A stretch of 64,000 bases of DNA from Neocallimastix sp. 'constans' (Eukaryota). Each line of letters starts with the position of its first letter. Position 1 is the stretch's first letter. A program made the translations under genes and the position numbers. Positions 1 through 13,779 of this stretch are shown piece by piece. The notes below the pieces were generated by a model. The model did not search any database. It worked only from the letters and a program-made list of their open reading frames with translations, and was not told where the DNA came from. The stretch is from positions 62,001 to 126,000 of the forward strand of contig JBODTK010000120.1 in the NCBI GenBank assembly GCA_050613775.1, read 5' to 3'.

Positions 1-685
1 ATCATTTATTTTTATAATTATTTTAATTTTCATATAAAATTAAAAATTATATATATATGAATAATTACAAAATAATATATTATTTTTTTTTTCTTTTATT
101 ATTATAATTATTATTAATATTATTATTCCATTCTAAATAGAAATAATATATATATTAATAATAAAAATTAATAATCATAATATACTTATATTATAATCTT
201 TTTTATTATTATTATATAGGTATTTTTTCTTTTTTACTTTTTTTTTTTCGTTAAATGATAATACAAAACTTTCATAAGAAAAAAAAAAAAATAAAAATAA
301 AGTTCTTTTTAATTTAATTTAATAATTTAAAAAAAAATTTTGTTAACATACTCTTTTTTTTTTTTTTTTTTTTTTTAATTCTTTTCCTTCTAATATATAT
401 ATAAACAAAATAATAAATGATGTATATTTAAATGAGTATAAAAGATTAATTAAATTAATGCGTAAAAGAGAAGACATCGCATTTGTGGTGCGAGTCTTTG
501 CGATTGATTTATTGAAAATATGTTTTACTATGTTTTGTTTTGATATGGTTTTAATTGTTTTGTTTTAATTTGTTTTGTTAGGGTTTAAGCTTTTTTTTTT
601 TAAAAAAAATAATAATAATAATAATATGTATATATATTAATAAATAAATAATTAATTATAATAATAATAATTAAAGATGAAGACT

Positions 686-774
686 TTATGAAGATATCGC
701 TTTATTACATAATTCAATAATATTTTTAATATCTTCAGCAGCCATAGCAATGGTATAAGTTTTATTTATTGTAA

Positions 775-812
<38 letters not shown>

Positions 813-3800
813 GTTGTAGTAGTTTTTGTAGTGGTAACATTAGCTGTAGTAGTAGAAATTGAACCACTATTATTGATATTACCGATGTTAGCTTCATTCA
901 ATACACTATTAGTATTAATTGAAAACTTTTTGTTTTCATTTTTATTATCATTTTCTTTCTTTTCAATTTCATTCTTTGATTTATCAAACTCATTAGTATT
1001 ATTTTCATTAGTCATTTTAGACTCCTTAATTTCTTCTTTTCCTTCTTTCTTAATTTCTTTTGGTGGATCAATCATTGAATTATTATTAGTCTTATTCTCA
1101 ATAGTCATAGTGTTACTATTAGCTTTGCTGATTGGCTTTTTAACATCGGTAGCTAATTTCTTTTTATTATCAATATTAGACAAGGTAGGATTAGCATTAG
1201 TATTTACTTGACCCTTAACATTTTTAGTATTATTTCTTTTAACGGTAGAATTTGTTTTAGTACGATTAATTCCATTGGTACCTTTATTTAAATTGACTGT
1301 ATTAGAACCAATTTTACTTTTATTCCTATTAATATTATTATTATTATTACCCTTTGCTGGTGAATTACTATTTATATTTCTATTACTATTTCTAATTGAA
1401 TTTCCCTGTTGTGTTGTTTTAGTTTTTGAAAGATTACTATTTACTCTAGAATTAACCATTGTACCATTCTTAGTTAATCTAGCACCAGTTCTAACGTTAT
1501 TACGAATTCCTGGTTTTGCTGAAACCTTATTGTTGTTACTGTTATTATTTTTACTATTATTGTTACTTTCAATATTAGCAACCATGTTTTTCACATTAAT
1601 TTGGGACTTCTTTGTTCTTTCAGTTCTATCTGTTGCTTTTCTAACTTCAATATTTTTCTTTGTTTTATTACTAGATTCATTCAAATTTTCCTTTAATTTA
1701 TTAATTTTCTTATTATTCTTATTTTTATTATTATCATTATTATTATTCTTACTCTTATTAGTACTATTATCATTTGTATTATTATTATTCTTACTCTTAT
1801 TAGTACTATTATCATTTGTATTATTATTATTCTTACTCTTATTAGTACTATTATCCTTTGTATTATTAATATTCTTACTCTTATTATTATTATTGTCATT
1901 TGTATTATTATTATTCTTACTCTTATTAGTACTATTGTCATTTATATTATTATTATTCTTACTCTTATTAGTACTATTGTCATTTGTATTATTATTATTC
2001 TTACTCTTATTATTACTATTGTCATTATTATTATTATTATTATTTTTATTAATATTCTTGATATCGGCATTACGTACATCTTTCTTTTCAATTATAGCAC
2101 CACTTCTTTTCAATAAAGTAGTCGTATTATTATTATCATTACCATGACTTTTGTCCTTGTTCGTACCACTTACACTATTATTATTATTATTATTATTGGA
2201 ATTAGGATTACTATTTGGAGTGATCTTCTTTTCATTAGTTACAGGATTTGAAGAAGAAGGTTCTATTTTCTTTTCATTAATCCTGACTACTTCATTAATT
2301 TCTTCTTCTACTTGTTCCGGTACAGACGGCTTTGGAGCAAACTCTTCCAATTTTTCAGTAGCTTCTTCTAATAATTTAGCACTCTTGGCTAAACCTTCCA
2401 AAAGTAAAAGGTAACGGGGTAATCTTTGAATAGGTAAAATTAAATAACCTAAAATATCAACTTGATTATGATCCATTCGTTCGGTACAACTCTTTAGGAA
2501 GGCCTTCAACTTCTTCAATTTCTTTTTATTCCCACGTTCAAAGATTGGACAATTCAGGGTAAAGCCAAGTTCTTCCGCTTGAATTAAAACATTTTCACTA
2601 CTATATTTTTGCTTTTGATTATTGTTGAGAATAGCAACAAAATCAGAAGCTTTCTTAAAGTTAATATAATAGGGTTTATAAAGAAATTGGAATGGCCAAC
2701 TTACAATCTTAAAGAACGATTCAATTGAAATAGATTCATTAATTAATTTTATGGAGGATGGTGTTTTCAAGGCATCCGCTTCATTCATCAATTGAATGTT
2801 CTTTTCATGTTCCTTTAGGACTAAATCAAGCTTTGGATAAAAGATCTCACTATGAAATTGATAAATATTGACAATATTTGAATAGAGATAGTTCATTTCA
2901 GTTATATTCAATACTTGATTTTGTTCCATTGGATAGTAATAAATTTCTAAAAGTTTTCCCAATTCATTAACATAAGTTTTTTCGGTAGAAGCAATTTCAC
3001 GAATAATATTATTTATCTTTTTTAACTGCTTTTGAACTACCGCTTGAGCTTCAGAAAATTCCTCATTAACATCGGGTGGAAGAGATGTTATAGAACTTTG
3101 ACTGATGGATAAATTTCTTAAGATTTCATTATTGAGAATAGTTTTAGAGGAGGAAATAAGAGATGGAGAACTGCCACTAATAGATGCTGAAGTTGTGATA
3201 GAGGTGGCAGTGGTGGTGGTAGACATCGTATTTACCTTCACCAACGTCATTTCACTCTCACTTTCTTCCACTATATCACTATTACTGACCCCGAATTTTT
3301 GTTTGTTAAGGGTATCCGCCCATTCTTCATTAATAATGTCCTTTATATTACTATAGGTAATACTATCACCTAAACAAATAGCACTATCGGCTGATATATG
3401 TTTATTCTTTTCTACGGATTTATTTATCAATTTATAAGGGGTAGATTGAATCGTAGATGAAAAATCAACCTTTATTGGACTATTAAGCGCTGATTTATTT
3501 AGCTTAAAGGAACCACTAACAACAGATGAAGATATCGATTCATCATCACTATATGGAATTGCCGATGAAACTCTTTTTGGAATTTCAATAGTAGTATTAA
3601 GAGGAACAACCACTGGTTTAGTTGACGATCCTAAAGAATTAGCATCAACGGAAAGAGAAACAGCATCGGCTTCAGATTTTGTACCATCAAATTTATAAGG
3701 CTTTATTTCATCATCTTGATATGGTCCAGAGATTGTTATCTTCAAATCATCAACATTGCCACTATTTCTCCTCTTCTTAATAAGATTATTTGCACCATTT

Positions 3801-6800
3801 AAGGATTGCATAAACATTGAAAAGACATATGAAGTGGATCCCTTAGAATCTCTCTTATCCGAGAGACCTGAAATTTCACTATTATTATCACTTAGACCAT
3901 TATTCGATTCAAAACTTTCATTCATTTCTATATTTGATTTCTTTTTAATCAAATTTGTAAAATTCTTAGGCTTAATAATATTACCAATATTTTTCTTTAG
4001 TAACTTTTTTACATTAATAGAGCCTAAACTCAAACTATCTTCATCTTCATTTATGATTTCTGTCTCAACCTCTTCAGTAATTGATTCACTTTCAGTTGTA
4101 TTTTCCTTTCCCTCTTCTGTTTTAGCATTAGATGGATCCAAATCTTCCTTCTTTTCCCTTTCAGAATTTAATTTATTATTCTCTTCAGCTTTTTTCCTAA
4201 CTTCCTGCTTAATTTGATCTATGATAAGATCAGCTTGAATTAAATCTCCAAGATGTTCTTCATGATTAGAATGTTTGGTTTGATAATAATAAGGATCTTC
4301 AACATATTGATTAAGTACAAAAGAATCTTCATTAATTTCATAAATTTGACCTTGATTCAAAGTATGTTTCTTTATTGTATAACTTGGAATGGCTTCATTC
4401 TTATATTTATCTGAAATTTCTTCTTCTTTATTTATAACTTCAGGTTCTATTGATAATTCACCATCTAACAAAAAGGTACCATCCTTTGAATCTTGGAATT
4501 CATCATCATCATCAAAATCATCATCATCATTATAAATACCATCTTTTACCACATTTTTATTACCCCTTGGAGGAAGTGGAGGAGGAACTATTTTGGACCC
4601 TTCTCCATTATTTCTTGGAGGTAGTTGAGGTGGAACTACTTTTGATTCTTCTTCATTATTTCTTGGAGGTAGTTGAGGTGGAACTTTTTCAAATCCGCCT
4701 ACATTATTCCTTGAAGGAAGTGGAGGAGGAACTACTACTTTAGATTCTTTCTCCTTCTTAGATACAGAAAGTTTTGATGAAAACGCCAAATCATCCTTTG
4801 CTTCTGGTTGTAATGAAGTCACTCTAGTATTTCTTCTGGGTATAGATGGTGACAATTGCACAGGTTTAGAGGCTATTAATTCTGAACTTGTTTCCACTTT
4901 AGAAGATATCGATTCTGATGAGCTTGTTCCAACCTTAGAAGATATCATCTTTGATGAACTTGATCCTGTTTTAGAAGATTTTGATAAACCGCCAGAAGGA
5001 GTTGAAGTTTTAGCTCTTGTTATGGATGATTTGGCTATGGATCCCGTAGAAGAGGATGGTTTAGATAATGAACTAGAAAGAGATGGTGTTTTTACTCTAG
5101 CATTAGATGATTTTGTTAATGAACCAGATGAAGATGGGCGTTTTCCAAGAGAACTAATGGATGTTGAAGAAGAAGTTTTATTTAATGAATTAGTGATTGA
5201 AGGGGTTCTGGCTCTAGTTGAGTTTAATGGGGCTTTAGTTAATGAATTTATAGATGAGGAAGAGGAAACTTTTGATAAAGGTCTCACTGAAGAGGAGGAA
5301 TGAGGTCTACAGACGGAATCAAAGTTAGAATCAACTCTTGATTTAACCGCCTTCATGAGTGGAGTTTGTCTCAAAGATGGAGAAGAAATAGGTGAAGTTG
5401 ATGTACTATGGGGTTTAGATGAACTCATTGAAGAACTCTTTGTTGCTGATAACCTTTTAGCAGGTGCACTATTTTTAGAAGTCATACTATTTTTTGCTAT
5501 CACAGGTTTTCTCTTAATTGTTGTTGTTGTTGAACTTCCAGAGTCAACAACACTATTTGGGTTCTCGAAAAATTGAAGGGTTTGTGGATTCAACTTTTTC
5601 ACCTTAGGAGTAGAAGTGGGTATTGGAGAAGACCTCGCAGGTGACGTGGAGACGGCCGCTTTATCAAATATTGATTTTAAGGTATGAATAGATACAGTTG
5701 ACGTGAATGAGTTATTTGATGTTTTATGCGTAATGGATGATAATGAAGAAATGGTTGATAAACTAGATATTGAAGTAGCTTTAGAGAGCATATTATTCTT
5801 CATTTCAGGTGAATTTGGACTTAGTAAGGAAGATTTTGTTTCTGAGAAAGAAGATTCACAATCTAAAAAGTCATCTGTACTTTCTGAAATATCATCATAA
5901 TGTTTTGTATTTACAATAAAGGATGGAGAAATATCTTTCTCTTCATCATCATCACTAAAGGCTAATAATGTATTTGGGTCCAAATGTTTCACAGAAGTAG
6001 GGTCATATTTAATATTTTTAATATATTCATCCAAAATTTCATTTTTTGTGGTAATGCTGGGATCAGCGCTTGTATTTATGGCACTAAGTTTTGGAGTTTC
6101 AACCGGTGTTGGTAGTACAGAGATTGCTTCAGGTTTTGAAGAATCATTTGTTATTAAAAATGGAGCAACAATGGGAGATACGGATTCAGGAGTTTCTATT
6201 GGAGTAATGCTATTTAATTTAATGTCATCAGTTTTGTCTATATTTTGTAATGCATTTGTTAATGAAGTAATAATGACTGGAGAATCTTCAGAGGCGGTTT
6301 GTTTCTTATGATTCTCCAGGGAGGTAAGACCTCCATTAATTATATTCTTTTCTTTTTCATCTTTTTTAACAGAAGCAGAAGTAACAATTAAACATGGCTC
6401 GTCCAAACATTTTTTCTTTATTGTGGTAATAGTATTTGATTTGGATGGACTCTCCGTTTTTTCTATCATTGTTGAAGACTTTTTTTCTATTAATAATGAA
6501 GTTTCAGAAGATATAGAATTTTTAGGTTTTACAGTATTCGTTGAAGATGTGGAAGAAGCTCTTGAAGAAGATTTTGAAGGAAATGAATTAACTTTAGCCT
6601 TAACATTAGCATAAGGTGATGGTTTTTTACGACGAACAATAATAGACGATGACTTTGACGAAGAACAAACGGAATTTTGAGAAGAATAAGGTGTAGGAGA
6701 AGTTGTTAATCTTGAAGTAATTGTTGGATTGTTTGTAGTTTTAGAATCAGAAACAGTAGTAGAAATGGTTGATAAATTCGATTTGGTTTTTACTGTGGTA

Positions 6801-8053
6801 GAAGGTTTCTTTAAGGTTGACGATGTAGATGTTGACTTAAGAGTGGTAGAAGGTTTCTTTAGGGTTGACGATGTAGATGTTGACTTAAGAGTGGTAGAAG
6901 GCTTCTTTAGGGTTGACGATGTAGATGTTGACTTAAGAGCGGTAGAAGGCTTCTTTAGGGTTGACAATTTAGATGTTGACTTAAGAGTGGTAGAAGGTTT
7001 CTTTAAGGTTGATGACGTAGATGTTGGCTTAAGTGTGGTAGAAGGTTTCTTTAGGGTAGACGATGTAGAAGTTGATTTAAGGGTGTTAGAAGGTCTCCTA
7101 AAGTTAGAAGAGGTAGATGTCGATTTAAGGGTGTTGGAAGGTCTCTGAAGGGTAGAAGATGTAGATGATGACTTAAGATTAGTAGAAGAATTAGTACTTG
7201 ATTTTAATCTTGAATTTGTCGTACTATTTAATCTGGAACTAATAACTTTTGATGTACGTACTGAAGTCTTTGGTTTGACATTATTAGCTAATGTAGGAGC
7301 AGCAGTCGATGATTTAGTTTTTGAAAGATTATTGGTAATAGTTGATTTAGTTTTTTTAGGGGCATTAGTACTAGAAGTAGATTTCACTCGACTAGAGGCA
7401 AGAGAATTAGTAGTTGAATTTACTTTTCTTGATGATGATGGTATTTTTGGTTTAGCATTATTATTATTAGAGGTTGATACAACCCTTGGTTTTACAAAAT
7501 TAGTATTTAAAGTCGAGTTAATTTTTGATTTTAATGTGGAAGAAGATTTTGTTTTAAGATTTGTAGAATCATTTGCTTTTATTGTTGTAGAAATAGAAGA
7601 TTTAACTCCAGAATTTGTTGTAAGGGTTGAAGTAGTTTTTGGTTTCGAATTAATATTTAATTTAGAGTTAACGGCACTTCTATTAGAAGAATTTATATTA
7701 GCTATTCTTGTTGAATTAGTCACCGTTTTTGAAGTATTAGTAATATTATTCTTTGATGAAACAGTAGTATTAGGTACTTTTATTTTAGATTTATTTGGTA
7801 TATTTTGTTTACCTAGGGAAGAGCTTCTTGGTCTTCCTTTACTAGGATTTGTTGAAGATAGAATAGTAGTTTTTTTATTGTTTATCATCATTGTTTTTCC
7901 ACCAATTTGTTTCGTTGTCTTATTTATAGTTGAATTACTTCTTGTTCTTGTTTTGCCTATTACTGTAGATTTTGTTACATCATTTATAGAAATATTTGAA
8001 TTAATTTTTATTTTATTTAAATCTCGTAAAGAATCTGGTTTATTCGTTGCCAT
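686..8053 (-). CDS. Large intronless Rho guanine-nucleotide exchange factor (Dbl-homology domain) with Ser/Thr/Lys-rich N-terminus, Pro-rich motifs and Asn-rich C-terminal region, 2455 aa
   Basis: Open ORF. DH conserved regions are readable at about 2385-3020: IIREIASTEKTYVNEL (CR1), LYSNIVNIYQFHSEIF (CR2), YLILPIQRLPRYLLLLEGL (CR3). No PH domain recognised. Confidence 0.88.
1748..2041 (-). repeat. Coding 42-bp tandem repeat (NNNNTNDNSTNKSK), about 7 copies
   Basis: Seen directly in DNA and in the RhoGEF translation. Confidence 0.9.
4565..4745 (-). repeat. Four PPxLPxR proline-rich motifs in 16-17 aa units
   Basis: VPPPLPSR, VPPQLPPR, VPPQLPPR, VPPPLPPR in translation. Confidence 0.85.
6794..7177 (-). 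repeat. Coding 48-bp tandem repeat (LKSTSTSSTLKKPSTT), 8 copies
   Basis: Seen directly; 8 x 48 nt spans these coordinates. Confidence 0.92.
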
Positions 8054-9117
8054 AATTTTTATTATTAGTTTCTTTTATTGAAGAATATTACTATAAATTA
8101 AAAAAAAATAAATAAATAAATAACTGCTTTTACATTATAATAATTTTATAAAAAATTATTTTTATTTTACATAAAATATAGTTTGTATTTATATATATTT
8201 CAAAAAAAAAATAATAATAATATTACTTTAAAGGTATAAAATAAATAATTAATAAAATAATTTAATTAAATATGAGTTAGAAAATTCTCAAAAGAAATAA
8301 AAAAAACGAGTGGAGTATGTGTTTAGTTATATGTATGATTTATTATTAAAATTGAAGTTTAATTTGTTAAAATATTGAGTATAAATTTTCATATTCTTGT
8401 GTAGTTAAATTTATTTAAAAAAAATCAAAATTGTTGGATAATCTCCTTTTATATAATATTTATTAAACAAAATAAAATAAATAAAATTATTATATTTATA
8501 TATTTTATTAATATTTAATTCTTATTATCATTATTATATTTAGTTTATTAATATACCTATAAATTTTAAAGTTTTGATTTCAATGATAATTGAATAAAAT
8601 TTTATTCTCTATTTTTTTTTTTTTTTTTTTTTTTTTTTGAAAATATATGTGTATTTTGTATTTAATAAACAAATGATTAGATAAATCTTTAAATCACATT
8701 ATTTAGATTTATAATATAATGATGTAATTTCCATATATATTACAATTTACAATATTTGTTGGGAAATTTTTAAACTATTACTATACTTTTAATATAATAT
8801 TTATTTAATTTAAATATATAAATATTATAAGATTATTTTTTAAAAAAAAATTTATCAATTTGGTATTTGAGTATAAATAATAATAAGTTGTTATATGAAT
8901 ATTTTTGGTATTTGAATATACAATAATTCTATTGATATTGTATTTTTTTTTAATAATTTATATATTTTAAGCTTTATTTTTTATTTTATTTTTAATAAAT
9001 AGCATTTAAAATATAATTAGATGTGATTATTATTATATCATTGATAATCCTTTATTTTTTTTATTATTATTATAATTATACTTTAATAAAAAAAAATTAT
9101 ATATATATATTTTCAAA

Positions 9118-9160
<43 letters not shown>

Positions 9161-9861
9161 AAAATAATTAAAAAAAATAAATAAATAAATAATAATAGTA
9201 GAGTGTAATATAATAATATATTATTATTTAATATTACTTATTGCATAATAATAAAAATATATTATCTTAGTAATAATTACTAATTTAATTTAATTTAATT
9301 TAATTTAATATTCAAGATAAAAGAAATATAAGGTACAATACAACCTCCATACATAATTAAAATATTATAAATTAATATATATATAATATTGTAAAATATA
9401 TATAATATTCTATTCTAAAATATATATAATATCCTTAAATATTTATAATATTCTAAAATATATATTACTTTTTATAATTTAAATAATAATCTAACCTTAA
9501 TTTATATATTAAATTTAATATATAAATAAATAGATAAAAAAAAGTATATATATATAAAAAAGAATGAACAAAAAATAAAATAGAAATGAAATATAATACT
9601 TTCCATATTAAACAATTCATGATTATTAAAAAATTTTAAAATACAATATATTCATTTATATAGCAATAAATGATACATATATATTAAAGACATTTATATT
9701 GAAGGCTAAATAATATATTTTAAAAGTATTGAATCATATATAATTGTATTAAAAATTCAAATTCTTATTGGCCTTTTTAATTAAATATACTTTAAAATAT
9801 AATATATATTTGTATATTTTGAAATATATTATTTAATAACTTTAAAAAATCTCATTAAAAT

Positions 9862-9863
9862 AT

Positions 9864-9894
<31 letters not shown>

Positions 9895-9975
9895 TTATTT
9901 ATTATTTATTTGTTATTTGTTTATTTGTTTATTTATTTATTTATTATTTATTTATTTGTTTATTTATTTATTTGT

Positions 9976-10074
<99 letters not shown>

Positions 10075-10078
10075 TTTG
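9862..10078. repeat. (TTTA)n microsatellite
   Basis: Direct reading; it produces the spurious FIYL ORFs. Confidence 0.95.
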
Positions 10079-10237
10079 TACAACAGACTTCATTGATATT
10101 ATGTCATATTTATTAAATAATAAAAGACCATTATTTATGAACTTTTTAATTATTAAATATGAAAATTATCATAAAATTTTAAAATAATAAATAATAATAC
10201 TAATTATTAAAATATTAATTTTTTTAAATATTGTTTT

Positions 10238-10340
10238 TTAATTCTTATAAAATATTAATTCTTGTAAAATATTAATTCTTATAAAATATTAATTCTAATA
10301 AAATATTAATTCTTTTGAAAATATTAATTCTTATAAAATA
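10238..10340. repeat. 17-bp minisatellite (ATAAAATATTAATTCTT), about 6 copies
   Basis: Direct reading. Confidence 0.85.
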
Positions 10341-10428
10341 ATAAAATATTAATTTTTATAATAATTAAATAATCAAATAAATTAAATAATTAATAATAAA
10401 TAATATTTGTAATTAAAAAAGAAGATTC

Positions 10429-10469
<41 letters not shown>

Positions 10470-10497
10470 TTAAATAATAATTTCATTTTTATTTAAT

Positions 10498-10546
<49 letters not shown>

Positions 10547-10939
10547 TTTATTAATTTAAAACGTGAGTTAAATTAATGGGTAAGGGTCTGAGTAAGCTGG
10601 TTAGTAAGTTTTTTAGTTGATTGAATTAATTTAGATTTAATACTTAATAAATTAATTTATTTTCAATTAATTTATTTATCTATTATGTATTTATTTATTT
10701 AGTTATTTGGTTTTATTAATTATTTAGGTATTATTAATTCAAAAATTATTAATTGAGAAAGTATAATAAATAATGAAAATATTAGTTTGAAGATGTAAAA
10801 TTGATAATCAGAAATATTATTAAAAAATTATTTTAAAATTGTAAATAGTTAAAAAAAATTTTTTTCAATGATAATAACGATAATAATTATGAAATTTTGC
10901 TTTTAAAACTTTAATTTGTTTTTCCTTTTTTTTTTTTCT

Positions 10940-11491
10940 TTGCCTTTTCAATTAATCTCTACTGATTCAAAAAAAAAAAATCAGATATAATATTTTCTTT
11001 TAAATCCTTACAAATATTGTATATACCTTTAAATAGATTTTCAGATCCAACCACATATTTTAAACACTTTTTTTTTTTTGATTTACATTCATTGTTAAAT
11101 AAATGAATTACACTTTCAATATAATAAATAATTATTTTTTTTTAAAATTCTCTTCCTTCTTTTCTTCCTTTTTTTTTTTTTTTTTTTATTTTTTCCTTCT
11201 TTTCTTTCAATTCTGGCTATTTCTAATCTATCATTAAATAAATGGATAAATTTTCATCTCATATATTATAACTTTTTAAAATTTTTCCTTCAATATTTTC
11301 CAATAATGTTATAGCACTTTTCACTGCTTCATTTGAATTGAATAAAATATTTTGGAAAGATATATATTAGAGATTTTCTTTGATCTTTTTTAGACCATTG
11401 TTTAATATTCAATAATTTTAACCATCTCATCATACTTTTTTTAAAAAATTTTTCTTTTTTTTTTTTTAATTATTATAGTATTACAATCAAT

Positions 11492-11528
<37 letters not shown>

Positions 11529-11992
11529 TTCATAATTTCATGAAATTTGATTTTTTTTATGAATGTAATATTTCTCTTTGTTTTATTTCTACATGAAATA
11601 ACAAACCTAATAAAGGTTTATATATATATATTAGCAAATTTTACAATTTTCTTTTATTTCTTTATTTATTATTTTTTTCCATGAATAGCTTACAATTCTT
11701 ATTTTTTAAATATTCCAATAATTATATATCCTCCCGATTTATAATATAACCTTCTTTCTTTAGTTCATTTAAGCATGCTCTACGCTTTTCTTTTTTTTTA
11801 TTTAAATATTACTAAAGCAATATTAGCACAAACATTACTGTGAGATTCTCCAATAATTATAGAATGAATGAAAGTAGCCTCAGTAAGACTATAATCAAAT
11901 AAAGTTACACATTGTCTGATACCCAGAAAACATAGATATTTTTGGCATTGTCATAATATCTTAATATATAGTTTTAGATTCTATAAAGACAT
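10940..11992 (-). pseudogene. Decayed protein-coding relic, family not recognised
   Basis: Minus strand gives protein-like stretches broken by stops, frameshifts and A-runs: LFDYSLTEATFIHSIIIGESHSNVCANIAL, KRRACLNELKKEGYIINRED, FQNILFNSNEAVKSAITLLENIEGKILK, CLKYVVGSENLFKGIYNICKDLKENIISDF. Confidence 0.5.
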
Positions 11993-12188
11993 TTTTTAAA
12001 ATAACCAAATTTATAATATATTTAATTTGTATACCATTATATTAATTAATACTTAATTATAATAAAATTTTAATTACAATATTGTATAATATAAAATAGA
12101 ATATAATTTTTAAAAAAAAATAAAAAATAAAAAAAAAAAATAATAATAATAATAATTAATAAAAATATTACGGACCATTACTATATGA

Positions 12189-12226
<38 letters not shown>

Positions 12227-12585
12227 ATTTATAAAAAAAAAAAAAATTAAATAATTATAATATTTTTTTATGTCCAATAAATGATAATCAACATTGTATA
12301 TAATTAAGTTTGACTATTGTATAAATATATTATACTTTTAAAAAAAATTTTTTTTCTCTTTTTTTTTTTTTGATTTTTAAAAACCTAAAATTTTTAATTA
12401 AAGCTTAAAAATAAAAGTGACCAAAAACTCTTATTATAAAATTATATTATTTCTGATATGAAAAGTTTAATGAAAGAATTGATTTTAATTAAGAATAAAA
12501 AAAAGTATAAAAATACAAATATTTTACTAACAAAAAAAAGAAAAAATTTTTTTTGTTTTTTCTTTTATTCACTAGATAAAATAAA

Positions 12586-12619
<34 letters not shown>

Positions 12620-12633
12620 ATTTTATTAAAATT

Positions 12634-13332
12634 ATGGATTGTTTAAAATATAATATAGATATTCCGAAATATATTATAAAAGAGTCTTCATTAGAAACTT
12701 GCCATAATCTAATAAGACTTCAAAATAATATTAAATGTATTGATATTATTAATAAAAAAATTTCTTCAACTAAATTATTCCTTTCATTAGATACTGAATC
12801 TTATGAAAAAAATCATAACTATTTAACTGAAGTAGGTTGGATTATTTTTAATAAAAATGGTGAGATAAAAGAGAAAAAGCATTATATTGTTCAAGAATAT
12901 TTAAGTCTCCGTAATGGAAAATATGTTGATGATAATAAGTTTAACTATAACTTTGGTGAATCAATAACAAGACCATTAAATGAAATAAAGTTAATACTTA
13001 AAATGAATTTAGATAGGGTTAATTACATAGTTGGACAAGGAATTAAAAATGATATTTGTGATTTAAAAAAAATAAATATTGATCTTTCAAAATTCAAAGA
13101 AATGAACGATACTTTGGAAACCTATGGTATTATTGATACTCAAGATTTATATGCTGCAAATTTCTTTGAAAGTCCAGTAAGTTTGAAAAAAGGTTTAGAT
13201 AAATTCTTCATTTCCTATAGAAATTTACATAATGCAGGTAATTTTTACATATATATATATATATAACTTTAATTTTATATTCATTAATAAAAAAAATTTG
13301 AACCTTATAATTATAATATATTTCTTTTTTTC

Positions 13333-13374
<42 letters not shown>

Positions 13375-13779
13375 TAATGATGCCTATTATACAATGAAAT
13401 ATTTCCTTGCACTTTTAAGAAATTTTGAATTTAGCGATAGTAAAATTCAAAATCTTTTAAAAATTAAAATACCAGGTAAATGTATAAATAAATTACAAAA
13501 AAAAAAAAAATTATATATTATATATATAAAATAAAAAAATCTATATTAATAGTAATAAAATCATATATAAATCATATATTAAAGAAAAAGAAAATTAATA
13601 TATTATATATTTTTATATATATTAATATAGATGATTACAATGAAAATGATTATATTCGTTATAGCGAAGAAAAGAAATTACTTAAAAAACAAGAAAAGAA
13701 ATTGAAAAAACTTTCTAAAATTAAAAGAAATAATTACAGAAATAATTTTTATGACGATTATGCTGATATTTTTTTGTAG
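12634..13779 (+). CDS. DEDDh 3'-5' exonuclease, Gfd2/YDR514C/QIP-like; exons 12634-13237, 13374-13475, 13631-13779
   Basis: ExoI FLSLDTESYE, family-type EVGW and HYIVQEY..LRNGKYV..N.FGES segments, ExoII VGQGIKND, IIDTQ. ExoIII LHNAGNDAYYT is restored by splicing the GT-AG intron 13238-13373. Frame stays open to TAG at 13777-13779. An extra upstream exon is not excluded. Confidence 0.85.

Noticed and set aside
831..8081. Many plus-strand Leu/Val-rich ORFs
   Set aside because: Antisense shadows of the low-complexity RhoGEF coding strand; no independent domain signal.
9910..10187. FIYL-repeat ORFs resembling membrane proteins
   Set aside because: Translation of a (TTTA)n microsatellite.
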